From assembly GCA_902373455.1 (NCBI GenBank), contig CABKMC010000001.1:1-40770 (forward strand): 40,770 nt of DNA, in the 5' to 3' direction. The notes below the pieces were generated by a model that saw only the letters and a list, made by a program, of their open reading frames with translations, was not told the origin of the DNA and made no database searches. This stretch comes from an uncultured Streptococcus sp. (GTDB lineage Bacteria > Bacillota > Bacilli > Lactobacillales > Streptococcaceae). Within the stretch, counting starts at the first letter, position 1. Each line of letters starts with the position of its first letter. Shown one piece after another: positions 28,722 to 38,934 of the stretch. Both the position numbers and the translations under genes were made by a program.

Positions 28722-28933
28722 TTGTTAATTATTTCACAATATAATTGTACTCTATTTTGAGATTTTTGTAAACACTTCCAAGCAACTTTCACAAAGATTT
28801 TTTCGAAGTTTGTGAAGGTTTTATCAATTTAATTGCTGTAAAAGCAATTCTTTAGCAAAATTGTGAAAAAATAATTTAAAAAACTTTTTCTTCACAAAGT
28901 GATGTTTTCAATTGATTTTTGTAAGCGCTTTCT
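28722..28933. promoter_or_regulatory. Rex operators and cre upstream of adhE
   Basis: TTGTTAA-N4-TTCACAA (28722-28739); TTGTGAA-N4-TTATCAA (28810-28827); TGTAAGCGCTTTCT (28920-28933). Confidence 0.75.
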
Positions 28934-29028
28934 TAATCTTACTAAAAAAGCAACTTTTTACAAGTATAAAGTTGCTTTTTGTTTTGTTTTGTTAGGATTT
29001 GTTTTGTTTCAGTTTCAGAGAGGTATTT

Positions 29029-30831
29029 TTACTTCTTGACTGGTCCTTTTTCAGCCTTATCTAGGGCTTCTTTGACTGTTTGAGCATAGAGTTCCCCGCC
29101 ATTGGTTTCCATATTGAAGTGAACAGAGTCTGTTCCCACCCAAATGTTTGGATTTTCAATTGCTACTTGGTACCAGTCCGCAATCGTGATAAAGTCGTAT
29201 TTCTTAGCTAGTTCCAACTCATAAAGACGCGTTTGAACCGATTCACTGGACTGATCGTTGGCATAGCGACCATCATATGGTGTCACAAGGATCAGGCGAC
29301 GGCCTTTTGGAAGTTTCTCAACATACTGATCCAGCAATTCTTTGTAGTTACTTACAGTATTGGTTCCTAGGGCAATGACCACATTTTTTAGGAGAACTTT
29401 ATTGGAGATATCGGTCTCAAAGACCTTCATTCCATTTTCCAACTGACGGCTCACCACTGCATCGATCTGGATGCCCGGGATCGCTTTAGTTAGGTAGTCC
29501 TGCGCTCGCAAGTTAACCGAATCACCGATCATGGTCACACCATTTGAGACGTTATAGTCTGTTGCAGTCGCATTGTCCACCTGCGTCCGCGTAACCTGCA
29601 TTTTGCTATCTGCTTGATTGAGCCCACTCACAACCAAACTCTCATCAAAAGCTCCGACGGTTGGTGCAAAGGCAGAGATTCCGATCATCAAGAGAGCCAG
29701 TGGAATCATGAGGTAAAAGATCGGCCTGGTCAAAAAACTCAGATCCATCTTCATACCAAAGACACGAGGCTCCTTGCCTGCAATGGTTGGCTCTAAAATA
29801 TAGAAGGAAAGAGCCGTTAGAATCAAGGAAACGATCGTCGTCACAAGGGCTGCCATCATATTTCCCAAGTGTTGAGAAAAGATGATAAAGAAAGGCCAGT
29901 GGAAAAGATAGACACCATAACTGGTATCTGCCAAGAAATTGAGGATGGCTGGTTCCTTTTTATCTGGTGTCTTTTCATGGAGAATACGGGCCGACAGAAT
30001 CATGGCACAAGCTGCGATTGTCGCTGCTAAAAAGCCAAACAGATAAGTCCACAAGCTATCAAATGGCAAGAAAAGACTGAGCACAAACAAGAAGGCAAAG
30101 CTTCCACCCAAGACCGACAAAGTCTTTTTCATACTCCAAGACTGCACCAGCTTTGTAAAGTTCGGGCTGACATTAGCAATCCCTGTTACCGTTGCTAGGC
30201 ACGATCCCGCAAAGAAGGGGAAGATGTGAGTGAAACTAGAGAAATAGATAGTGGAGAAGTTAGCTGTCAGAAAGGCGCGGATGAACATGGACAAGAAGGT
30301 AAAGAGAAAGAGCCCGCTGGATGCTAAGAAGAGCATACCTCGGTACTTTCCTACCGTCTTAGCCCGCTTAGCCAAAAACCATGCCAGAAGCGCCCATAGT
30401 ACATAGTAATGCACTTCTAGGGCCAAACTCCAGGTATGAAGAAAGAGATGCGGAATGAAGTTGCTTTCGTAACTACCACCAGTTGCCATCTCAAAGAAAT
30501 TGGTCACAAAACCAAAGACCGCTGCAATCTGTGTCCCAATACCAGCCACGTAGTCCCGTTGCACCATAAAGGTAAAGGGCATCACGACCAAGACCATAAA
30601 GACAAGAGGCGGTACGATCCGGTAAAAGCGCCGTTTCAAGAAAGACAAGTAGTCGATTCCTTGCTTGCGCGCAAATTCATCGATCAAGAGCGCTGTAATC
30701 AAAAATCCTGAGAAGGTGAAGAAAATATCTACCCCAATGAAGCCTCCAGGAAAGGCTTTTTGGAAGAAATGGTAAAGCAATACCAATAAGAGTCCTGTAA
30801 CACGGACGAGTGAAAACCATTTAATGCGCAT
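29029..30831 (-). CDS. oatA: Peptidoglycan O-acetyltransferase (OatA/Adr): AT3 + SGNH domains
   Basis: GGFIGVDIFF; HTWSLALE; GDSV, LGTN, DSVH. Confidence 0.88.
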   Translation of the reverse strand: MRIKWFSLVRVTGLLLVLLYHFFQKAFPGGFIGVDIFFTFSGFLITALLIDEFARKQGIDYLSFLKRRFYRIVPPLVFMVLVVMPFTFMVQRDYVAGIGTQIAAVFGFVTNFFEMATGGSYESNFIPHLFLHTWSLALEVHYYVLWALLAWFLAKRAKTVGKYRGMLFLASSGLFLFTFLSMFIRAFLTANFSTIYFSSFTHIFPFFAGSCLATVTGIANVSPNFTKLVQSWSMKKTLSVLGGSFAFLFVLSLFLPFDSLWTYLFGFLAATIAACAMILSARILHEKTPDKKEPAILNFLADTSYGVYLFHWPFFIIFSQHLGNMMAALVTTIVSLILTALSFYILEPTIAGKEPRVFGMKMDLSFLTRPIFYLMIPLALLMIGISAFAPTVGAFDESLVVSGLNQADSKMQVTRTQVDNATATDYNVSNGVTMIGDSVNLRAQDYLTKAIPGIQIDAVVSRQLENGMKVFETDISNKVLLKNVVIALGTNTVSNYKELLDQYVEKLPKGRRLILVTPYDGRYANDQSSESVQTRLYELELAKKYDFITIADWYQVAIENPNIWVGTDSVHFNMETNGGELYAQTVKEALDKAEKGPVKK

Positions 30832-31225
30832 TTTGATAAATCCCCTGCTTGAATGTTCCTTTGTATACGACGTTGGCTTCTGTGGTTAAGGTGCCTTTGC
30901 CCTCTGGCTGACCATTGACAAACTGCCCTTCATAGGTCCAACCAGCCTTGGACTTAAACTTACCATAACCACTAAAGGAGCCATTGACGAGGTTGCCTGT
31001 ATAGGTATCGCCGTTTTTAAAGGTGACGGTTCCCTTGCCATTCATCTTGCCACGGACCAAACTTCCGTCGTAACGGATCGCCCCCTTATCCAAGGTCAAG
31101 ACGCCCTGACCTGGAATGGCTGAAAGGAAAACCAGCAAAGCAGATAGAACAATCACGACTAATGCTGCTATTTCTAAATTTTTTCGCGTCAGATAGACCT
31201 TATAAGTCTCATAAAATTCTTTCAT
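30821..31225 (-). CDS. Membrane-anchored MORN-repeat protein
   Basis: One TM helix then YxG...G.G repeats (YDGSLVRGKMNGKG, YEGQFVNGQPEGKG). Confidence 0.85.
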   Translation of the reverse strand: MKEFYETYKVYLTRKNLEIAALVVIVLSALLVFLSAIPGQGVLTLDKGAIRYDGSLVRGKMNGKGTVTFKNGDTYTGNLVNGSFSGYGKFKSKAGWTYEGQFVNGQPEGKGTLTTEANVVYKGTFKQGIYQNAH

Positions 31226-31253
31226 ATTCTGTATTCTCTCACATATCAAACTC

Positions 31254-31679
31254 TTAAGAAGTTGCTAGCTGATCTAACCAAGCCTTACAGCCAGTCAGGA
31301 CTCTGGAATAGGTCTCCTCAAAATCACCGGTATACCACGGATCTGGCACACTTTCAGCAGCAAAAAGATGAATCTTGTGCTCTGTTCCTGCAGGAGCCAT
31401 TTGCTTTAGATCTGCTACATTGTTTTCGTCCATCCCTAGGATCAAATCAAAGGCATAAAAATCCTCTTCCTTGATCTGTAAGGAAGTCTTGGCTGGATCA
31501 TACGGGACCTGGTGTTGTTGAAAGATTTTCTGGGTCCCCCGATGGATAGGATTTCCATGTTCCCAGCTAGAAGTAGCCCGACTTTCAATCTCATACTGAT
31601 CCGTCAAGTCCTTCATGACAAACTCTGCCATAGGGCTCCGACAAATATTTCCTAAGCAGACAAAGACGATTTTTTTCAT
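31254..31679 (-). CDS. Low-molecular-weight protein tyrosine phosphatase
   Basis: VCLGNICRS and DPWY; start set at MKKIVF. Confidence 0.93.
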   Translation of the reverse strand: MKKIVFVCLGNICRSPMAEFVMKDLTDQYEIESRATSSWEHGNPIHRGTQKIFQQHQVPYDPAKTSLQIKEEDFYAFDLILGMDENNVADLKQMAPAGTEHKIHLFAAESVPDPWYTGDFEETYSRVLTGCKAWLDQLATS

Positions 31680-31852
31680 GATTCCACCTAACTCCTTGTT
31701 CGGACTGCCCAACCTAGCTGAGCTCTTGGCTTTCCACTATGGAAAACCAGCATACTATTACTATTATAACAAAAATGTGACAGAAAGATGACAAAGGGGC
31801 TCCATCATTTTAAAGAAAAATCAGATTCCTTTTTCAAATCTGATCTGTTTCT

Positions 31853-32419
31853 CTATTTTGGAAAACGAACCTCTAATGGAGGCCATTTACTCTGCCAATC
31901 CTTCTTTTTCATCCGCTCTGTATAAACCGCTAAACGCTCTGGGCTGGCTAAAAAATGCGGAGTCGGCTGAACGATGAAGTCTTCGATATCCTTTGTCCCA
32001 TAAGGGAGAAAGAGCTCTAGCTGACCCTCTTTCCTTAAGCGAACCGCAAGAGCCGTACACTGCTCGGGGTATTTAGAAACCGCATCACAGGCACTATGAT
32101 ATGGAGCCGTCCCCGGGCTATGCTGGTGCATATAGACTTGATTTTTCACTTCCCAAGCGTACTGGGGATAGGTCTTCTTTAACTCCTGCTCGATCTGCTG
32201 AGTCTCCTCATAGCTGATCTCAGGGTCATAAAAGACCAGATCCATATCGGTCGTCGCATCAAACCCTGGTTTTCCAGAGAGCTGGTTCCAGATGAAATTG
32301 CGCACCGCACCTGCTGCTAACCAGGCATCTGTTAGGTTGAGATCTCGAATGATAGCCAAGACAGTCATCATCTCCGGATCCGCTTGAATTTGTTCTACTA
32401 TTGCTTCTTCCGTCAGCAT
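31853..32419 (-). CDS. DUF925 nucleotidyltransferase-family protein
   Basis: AAGAVRNFIW; DMDLVFYD; WEVKNQ. Confidence 0.85.
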   Translation of the reverse strand: MLTEEAIVEQIQADPEMMTVLAIIRDLNLTDAWLAAGAVRNFIWNQLSGKPGFDATTDMDLVFYDPEISYEETQQIEQELKKTYPQYAWEVKNQVYMHQHSPGTAPYHSACDAVSKYPEQCTALAVRLRKEGQLELFLPYGTKDIEDFIVQPTPHFLASPERLAVYTERMKKKDWQSKWPPLEVRFPK

Positions 32420-32425
32420 CTTCTT

Positions 32426-33424
32426 CTAGTCTCCATTGTAGGGATAACCCAGGTGTTCGTAAGCCTTGCGAGTCGCCACGCGCCCTGTCCGGGTCCGCAT
32501 GATAAAGCCTTTTTGAATCAGGTAAGGTTCATACATATCTTCTACAGTCTCTCGCTCTTCAGCAATATTGACTGATAGAGTCCCAAGCCCAACCGGGCCA
32601 CCCCCATACATCTCAATCATAGTGCGCAGGATCTTTTGATCGACATAGTCCAGTCCTTCATGGTCCACATCCAGCATAGAGAGAGCCATGTCGGTAATGG
32701 TGTCATCAATCAACCCATCGCCCATGATCTGAGCAAAATCGCGCACCCGTTTAAGCAAACGGTTGGCAATCCGAGGGGTCCCACGACTACGAAGAGAAAG
32801 CTCTTCGGCAGCTTCGTGGGTAATCTCCATCTCAAAGATCTCGGCGGTCCGCTCGACAATCTCTGTCAAATCATCTTGCTCATAGTATTCCATGTGCCCC
32901 GTAATTCCAAAGCGAGCGCGCAAGGGATTGGACAGCATACCCGCTCGCGTCGTCGCCCCAATCAAAGTGAAGGGAGGAAGGTCCAGATGGACACTCCGGC
33001 TGGTCTCACCAGCACCAATCATGATATCGATGTAAAAATCTTCCATAGCACTGTAGAGCACTTCTTCAACTGACATGGGAAGACGGTGGATCTCATCGAT
33101 AAAGAGAACATCCCCCGGCTCTAGATCATTGAGGATGGCTACCAAGTCACCAGCCTTTTCAATGACAGGGCCGGAAGTCTGCTTGAGATTGACACCCAGT
33201 TCATTGGCAATGACAAAAGCCATGGTGGTTTTCCCAAGGCCTGGAGGGCCAAAAAGAAGGACATGATCCAGCGCTTCATCCCGAAGCTTAGCCGCCTCAA
33301 TAAAGATTTTCAGCTGGTCCTTGACCTTATCCTGACCAATATATTCATGTAAATATTGCGGGCGCAGCGTCCGTTCAACAGCCTCTTCGTCGCCCATGAT
33401 TTCATTGTCTAAAATTCTACTCAT
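32426..33424 (-). CDS. ruvB: Holliday junction branch migration helicase
   Basis: [33 protein letters not shown]. Confidence 0.99.
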   Translation of the reverse strand: MSRILDNEIMGDEEAVERTLRPQYLHEYIGQDKVKDQLKIFIEAAKLRDEALDHVLLFGPPGLGKTTMAFVIANELGVNLKQTSGPVIEKAGDLVAILNDLEPGDVLFIDEIHRLPMSVEEVLYSAMEDFYIDIMIGAGETSRSVHLDLPPFTLIGATTRAGMLSNPLRARFGITGHMEYYEQDDLTEIVERTAEIFEMEITHEAAEELSLRSRGTPRIANRLLKRVRDFAQIMGDGLIDDTITDMALSMLDVDHEGLDYVDQKILRTMIEMYGGGPVGLGTLSVNIAEERETVEDMYEPYLIQKGFIMRTRTGRVATRKAYEHLGYPYNGD

Positions 33425-33550
33425 ACAGTCTATTATAGCAAAAAATGACGTCTCTGATGATTTAAAATCATATTCTATTCGATATATTACTAATTATTGA
33501 TTGTCGGTTTTCGGAACCGATTTTCCTCTTAAAATAACTTGTTTCTTTTT

Positions 33551-33670
33551 AAGGATCGTAGTTCTCACTACTGTTCGAACTGCGTCAACGTACCTAAACT
33601 CGCTAACGTTTGTAAAAAATAAGGAACGTAGTTTTCGCTTCGCTCAAACTGCATCAATATCTCTAAATTC
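33551..33670 (-). repeat. Two tandem ~70-bp structured repeat units, same family as 2499-2633
   Basis: Minus strand GCAGTTTGAGCGAAGCGAAAACTACG then GAGTTTAGGTACGTTGACGCAGTTCGAAC...GAGAACTACGATCCTT (period 70). Confidence 0.85.
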
Positions 33671-33706
33671 GGCTGAACTCTCTGAGTTCACCTCATTAAG
33701 AGATAT

Positions 33707-33800
33707 AGAAAAGCCACCGGTTTTGGTGGCTCTTATAGGGAGATTATTATGAAAAAGTTTTAGGAGTTTTATCATTCAAAGTTAGGAGGTCTTTGATGAT
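33707..33800 (-). ncRNA. csRNA, copy 3
   Basis: Same CCTCCT loop and TTTTTCAT tract; terminator as in copy 2; varied 5' stem that keeps pairing. Confidence 0.9.
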
Positions 33801-33806
33801 GGTATT

Positions 33807-33839
33807 AGTATACGATAGGAAGCTTAAACTTTTCTTATA
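33807..33839 (-). promoter_or_regulatory. CiaR-dependent promoter
   Basis: TATAAG-N5-TTTAAG (33839-33823), 10 nt, TATACT (33812-33807). Confidence 0.8.
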
Positions 33840-33920
33840 GTTTTTCTAAAATTTTTTCGAGAAAAAGAGGATGCTCTAAGCAAGAATTTCACATCCTTGT
33901 TTAGGTCACCCCTTTCCTCC

Positions 33921-34961
33921 TTATTTCTTAGCGATGGCATGGTAGCAAGTCTTACTGGTAAAGACTTGCCCTGCTCTCAGGATGACCTTCTCAGCTTGGT
34001 TACTGTGAATGGCATCTGGCACTGTTTGAAATTCTAGCGCCAAGCCATTGTGCTGAACCATTGGTTGGCCTTGCAGACGAACGGTTTCATCTACGAAATT
34101 GGCAGAATACACCACCAAGGCGGGAGCCTCTGACTTGAAGGTCAAGAAGCGTCCAGATGGTTGATGGTAGAAGAAGCCTGCATTTTCATGTCCATCTGGT
34201 AGAGCAAAAGGATGGTCCAAGCCTTCTACCAGGCGAATTTGCGGATCTGAATCCTTAAAAAGATCCTCTAACAGCATGGCTTGGTAGAGATGCTGAACGA
34301 TTGGACTTTCTCTATCCACAGTGTGAAGAGGGACACCATCTGGGTGGATAGGGTAAAGCCCTTTATGATTGATCTGAAAGACATGGTCATGAATCGGCTG
34401 AGTGAAGTTGCCTGATAGGTTGAAATAGCTGTGGTTGGTCGGGTTAACCAAGGTGTCTTGATCCGTTTCTACCCGATAAGCAATCTCGAGTTCACCATCT
34501 TCCGTTAAACCATAGGTCACCCAGATCTTGAGATTTCCAGGGAAACCGCCGGTCCCATCCGCCCGTTCTGTATAGAGAGTGATTTCTTGGTCCGTTACCG
34601 ACTCCACGCTAAACAAGGCGCTGTCCCAACCAGTCGATCCACTGTGGTTGCAGTTGGCACCGTTATTAGCTTCTAAGTGATAGATCTCTCCATTGAGTTC
34701 AAAACTGGCGCCTGCAATCCGGCCTGCTACTGGGCCAATACTAGCCCCGTATTTAGGGCTGTTGCCTACATAGTCCTCAAAGCGATCAAAACCTAGGATA
34801 ATATTAGCAAACCGGTCTTCTTTATCAGGTGTCACATATTCTAAAATCGTCGCACCATAAGTCATGACAGACAATTGGTAGCCCTTGTCATTTTCGAAGC
34901 GATAAGCACGAACTTTCTGATTCTGCCATTCCCCAAACACGCTTTCTTGATACTGTTTCAC
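33921..34961 (-). CDS. galM: Aldose 1-epimerase (galactose mutarotase)
   Basis: GPVAGRI; GFPGNL; NPTNHSYFNL; probable GTG start after GAGGAG. Confidence 0.92.
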   Translation of the reverse strand: MKQYQESVFGEWQNQKVRAYRFENDKGYQLSVMTYGATILEYVTPDKEDRFANIILGFDRFEDYVGNSPKYGASIGPVAGRIAGASFELNGEIYHLEANNGANCNHSGSTGWDSALFSVESVTDQEITLYTERADGTGGFPGNLKIWVTYGLTEDGELEIAYRVETDQDTLVNPTNHSYFNLSGNFTQPIHDHVFQINHKGLYPIHPDGVPLHTVDRESPIVQHLYQAMLLEDLFKDSDPQIRLVEGLDHPFALPDGHENAGFFYHQPSGRFLTFKSEAPALVVYSANFVDETVRLQGQPMVQHNGLALEFQTVPDAIHSNQAEKVILRAGQVFTSKTCYHAIAKK

Positions 34962-35042
34962 AAATCTTCTCCTCTCACTGTTTTTCTCCATTGTATCAGT
35001 TTCACAAGAAGAAACACTCCACTTTTTATAGAAAATTAATGG

Positions 35043-36212
35043 CTATTCTTTATCAAATGGATGAATGATCACCCCTTGTACAACCCGATTGACGGTACCA
35101 GTCGGTGAAGGTGTGTCTGGGCGATTTTGCACCTTGAGTGAGGTCAAGAGAGAAATCAATTGACCATAGATAATGTAAGGGAAGGCACGGTAGATATCTA
35201 GTGAGTCCGCAGAAGCTTCCACTAACACTTCCCGTACATGCTCGATCCCTGCAGCTTGATCAGTCAAGAGAACGACCTGACGGGCAATTTGATCTCCTGC
35301 AACTTCGCGAACCAAGTCCAGATCATACTGACGCGTATAAGGATCAATGGATCCAAAGACCAAGACAAGGGTTTGGTCATTGATGAGAGATTTTGGACCG
35401 TGACGGAATCCGACAGGACTCTCATACATGGTTGCGATTTTACCTGCTGTTAATTCCAAAATCTTGAGCTGGGCTTCATGGGCTAGGCCAAAGAAAGGTC
35501 CTGCCCCCAGGTAGATCACGCGCTCAAAGTCTAGATCAACCACTTCCTTGACCTCACGGTCCTTTTCCAAGATTTGCTCAGATAGATGAACCAGCTCTTC
35601 TACTCGTTTTTCCTTGATCTCTTCCTCGCTTGGATCAAAGACCAAGAGAGCTGTCAAGAGCATAGACGTAAAGCTGGATGTCATGGCAAAGCCGGCATCG
35701 TTGGTTTCTTTAGGTTGGAGAAGCAAGAGATTACGCTCATCTCCGTGGGCTTGCTGGGCCAGTTTCCCTTCTTCGGCACAGGTAATGGTGATCTGATAGA
35801 GCTCATCAACCAAGTCTTGAGCCAACTGCACGGTTGCGACACTTTCTGGAGAATTACCACTCCGGGCAAAGGATACTAAAACCGTCGGAACCTCTTTTTT
35901 CAAATAGGTTTGAGGATGTGCTACGATATCCGTCGTCGCAATGGATTGGAAATTCCAGTGGCGTTCATCGTGCACTTCCTGCAAATATGGAACCAAGGTA
36001 TCCCCTACATAGGCTGAGGTCCCTGCCCCTGTCAAGATGACCTTGATATAGTCATGCTCTTGCCCAATTTTTTCTAAGAAAGTTTTTATTTCCGCTTTTC
36101 TTTCTTGGTACAAGCGAGCCGTTTCTTTCCAAACCGTCGGTTGTTGGTAGATTTCACGTGTTGTGATCTCTGCTCCTAGCTCCTGCAAGTCTTCTTTTGT
36201 ATAGTCTAACAT
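35043..36212 (-). CDS. agaS: SIS-domain galactosamine-6-phosphate deaminase/isomerase
   Basis: TGAGTSAYVG; SFARSGNSPES; GFRHGPKS; NRVVQGV. Confidence 0.9.
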   Translation of the reverse strand: MLDYTKEDLQELGAEITTREIYQQPTVWKETARLYQERKAEIKTFLEKIGQEHDYIKVILTGAGTSAYVGDTLVPYLQEVHDERHWNFQSIATTDIVAHPQTYLKKEVPTVLVSFARSGNSPESVATVQLAQDLVDELYQITITCAEEGKLAQQAHGDERNLLLLQPKETNDAGFAMTSSFTSMLLTALLVFDPSEEEIKEKRVEELVHLSEQILEKDREVKEVVDLDFERVIYLGAGPFFGLAHEAQLKILELTAGKIATMYESPVGFRHGPKSLINDQTLVLVFGSIDPYTRQYDLDLVREVAGDQIARQVVLLTDQAAGIEHVREVLVEASADSLDIYRAFPYIIYGQLISLLTSLKVQNRPDTPSPTGTVNRVVQGVIIHPFDKE

Positions 36213-36295
36213 AGAACCTGTTGTTCCTTTCTACAATCTAACGTTGATAAATGGGAAAGGAGCCTGAGATGATGCTCCCAGACTCCCATACCAAC

Positions 36296-36700
36296 CTACT
36301 CATCTTCATCATCATCAAGGTTTGACAAGAGGTCATTGACCTTGACAATACTTTCTTTTGCACGTTCAGGGTAGTCCCCTTCATTACCAGTCAGGCTACT
36401 ATTGATGAACTCGATGACCATCGGAAGATTCATCCCTGCGTATAAGTCAATCGCACGTCCTTCAAGGATCAAGCGGCTCACGGTGTTGCAAGGAGTTCCT
36501 CCTAAGAGATCGGCAAATACAATATAGTCTTCTAGACCTTGGACTGTTGCTTCAAATTTAGCAGTAAAGTCTTCTGGTCCTTCTTCTGGTAAGAGTGCAA
36601 CCGTATGGATGGATTCTTGTGGTCCCATAATCATCTCTGTGCTCGCTTTGAGCTCTTCACAAAAGCGACCATGGCTGACCAATACTAACTCTTTTGCCAT
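36296..36700 (-). CDS. PTS mannose-family EIIA
   Basis: VSHG; DLLGGTPCN; GMNLPM. Confidence 0.92.
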   Translation of the reverse strand: MAKELVLVSHGRFCEELKASTEMIMGPQESIHTVALLPEEGPEDFTAKFEATVQGLEDYIVFADLLGGTPCNTVSRLILEGRAIDLYAGMNLPMVIEFINSSLTGNEGDYPERAKESIVKVNDLLSNLDDDEDE

Positions 36701-36711
36701 ACCTTACTCCA

Positions 36712-37530
36712 TTATGCCATTCCAAAGAAGAAGTGGCCAAATGCTGAGAATGCGATTGCTGCAAGGATGATGAGCAAGATAGCTTTTGTAGAGTTCATAC
36801 CCTTACGTCCAAGCAACCAGTAGATTACACCTGTGATGATTGCTGGTACCAAACGTGGGAAGATAAGGTTGAGCATATCTTGAATTTCAATCGCTTTGTC
36901 CCCAATGTGTGGAGTCCAAGAAACTTCAACACCAATCATGCTGGCAATCAAGGCACCAACCATGAAGATACCCAGAACGGCAGCTGCGTCGATCAAAGCT
37001 GTCAAGGTACTTTGCATATTGTTGATGAGGTTAACCCCTTCTTTATAGGCAAATTCCAACTGTTTCCAACGGAAAATGTCATAAGCAACTGCCACAGCGA
37101 TCCACAAGAAGATACCGGCTGGGTTTCCTGCAATAGCCAAAGTTGCTGCGATTGAACCCATAATAGCTGGTACCAATGATCCAAAGATTGAGTCCCCAAG
37201 AGGAGCGAATGGTCCCATGAGACCTGTCTTGATCCCGTTCACCGCATCTTTTGATTTGACACCATCTTTTTCTTCCAAAGCAAGGTCAAAACCAGTGATA
37301 ATAGTGTGGAAGAATGGTGAAGTATTGAAGAATTGCGTATGCAATTTCATCATTTCTTTCAATTCTGGAGTGCCATCACCATACATTTTACGCAATTGTG
37401 GAAGAAGCATGTAAAGGTAACCAGAAGCCTGCATCCGTTCGTAGTTCCAACCCAATTGGAAGGTGAAGAGGCTACGTTTGTTAATTTGTTTAAAATCTTC
37501 TTTTGTTAGTTTGTAATTAGAATTCGTCAT
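36712..37530 (-). CDS. PTS mannose-family EIID (Gal/GalNAc)
   Basis: WNYERMQ; FFNT; KTGLMGPFAPLGDS. Confidence 0.93.
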   Translation of the reverse strand: MTNSNYKLTKEDFKQINKRSLFTFQLGWNYERMQASGYLYMLLPQLRKMYGDGTPELKEMMKLHTQFFNTSPFFHTIITGFDLALEEKDGVKSKDAVNGIKTGLMGPFAPLGDSIFGSLVPAIMGSIAATLAIAGNPAGIFLWIAVAVAYDIFRWKQLEFAYKEGVNLINNMQSTLTALIDAAAVLGIFMVGALIASMIGVEVSWTPHIGDKAIEIQDMLNLIFPRLVPAIITGVIYWLLGRKGMNSTKAILLIILAAIAFSAFGHFFFGMA

Positions 37531-38431
37531 CTTCAATTTCCCCGCTTTCTACATTGCTTGCTGGAGCAGCTACAACTGTACGTTGGCTGTTTTTGAAGTG
37601 TTGTACTGCAAGGAAGATACCGATGATGGCAATACCAATCATAGATACACTCTTGAAGTTGTTAACAAAAGTAATAGCTTGTTCTTTTGGAAGTTTAGCG
37701 AACACATCAGAACCAACAATGCTAGACACTGCAGCACCAAGGCTTTGAACATTGCTATAAAGCACTGTCAACATTGCTGTTAAGCCAAAGCCAAGTGCTA
37801 AATAGTGAAGGTTACGACGAACAGGAAGGTAACGAAGCAAGATCGCAAATCCAAGACCTGGAAGCATTTGACCTGCAAGTTTCAGACCGTTTGCCAACCA
37901 TTGTACATTAGCAAGACCTGTAACAACAGTTTCTACGAAAGAACCACCAAAGGCAAGAGCCAAGAAGACTGGAAGGGCACGAGAAAGAGCCCAAGGAACA
38001 GCACCAAGAAGGTAGTTGCGTTCAATTCCTTTATAGTCGTAACGTTCGATCGCAGCATCTACACGGTGAGCGAAGTAAGTTGTAGTCATACGACCAAGAA
38101 TATCAAAGTAGGTCAACAAAGTTGCTACCGGCACAGCGATTGTAGCAATAGCAATCTCTGGATCAATCCCTTTTGCTACTGAAAAGGCAGTTGCAAGAAC
38201 GGCACCAGATGTTGCGTCAATACGAGAAGCTCCACCGAAAGTACCAACACCGAGCACTGTCAATTGGAGAGAAGCTCCGATAAATAGACCTGTCTTTAAA
38301 TCTCCCATGACAAGTCCTGTAATGAAACCAGCAAAGACTGGTGATCCTGCTGATGAAACAATCGTCAACTCATCACAGATTTGATAAGCTGAGTACAAAG
38401 TAAGTAGTAAAATTTGCCACCATTGTATCAT
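37517..38431 (-). CDS. PTS mannose-family EIIC
   Basis: GLVMGDLKTGL; LGVGTFGGA; MLPGLGFAILL. Confidence 0.93.
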   Translation of the reverse strand: MIQWWQILLLTLYSAYQICDELTIVSSAGSPVFAGFITGLVMGDLKTGLFIGASLQLTVLGVGTFGGASRIDATSGAVLATAFSVAKGIDPEIAIATIAVPVATLLTYFDILGRMTTTYFAHRVDAAIERYDYKGIERNYLLGAVPWALSRALPVFLALAFGGSFVETVVTGLANVQWLANGLKLAGQMLPGLGFAILLRYLPVRRNLHYLALGFGLTAMLTVLYSNVQSLGAAVSSIVGSDVFAKLPKEQAITFVNNFKSVSMIGIAIIGIFLAVQHFKNSQRTVVAAPASNVESGEIEDDEF

Positions 38432-38457
38432 GACAATTTCCTCCTAAAAATTTTCTT

Positions 38458-38934
38458 TTACTTTAATAACTTCATAAAGTCTTCTGCAGTGTCGTTTGGC
38501 ACCATCTGAGACGTAATCTTTACACCTTTTTCGTGGATTTTGTTGAAGTCTTCCACGTCCGCGTCCACCACATTGATCGAGCGGGTAATCGCACGTGTCT
38601 CATCGGATTGAGACATATTGCCGACATTCAGCGTTTCAAGCTGAACGCCTGCTTCGATCAAACGAAGGAAACGATCAGGTTTGCGAGCTACGATAAAAAG
38701 TCGTTGGCTATCATATTTTCCAGCCAAGATATTTTCCGCAGCCTTTGCGACTGGCAAGATACTGAGCTTAACACCAGGTGGTGTCGCTAGTTTCAAGCCA
38801 CTTTTTTCAATATCATTTTGAGCGACTTCATCATCGATCACCATGATACGTGAAACATTTAGTTTGGTAGTCCAAAGATTGGCTACCTGCCCGTGGATCA
38901 AACGTCCATCGATACGGCATCCTACAATAGTCAT
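38458..38934 (-). CDS. PTS mannose-family EIIB
   Basis: RIDGRLIHGQV; LNVGNM. Confidence 0.95.
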   Translation of the reverse strand: MTIVGCRIDGRLIHGQVANLWTTKLNVSRIMVIDDEVAQNDIEKSGLKLATPPGVKLSILPVAKAAENILAGKYDSQRLFIVARKPDRFLRLIEAGVQLETLNVGNMSQSDETRAITRSINVVDADVEDFNKIHEKGVKITSQMVPNDTAEDFMKLLK

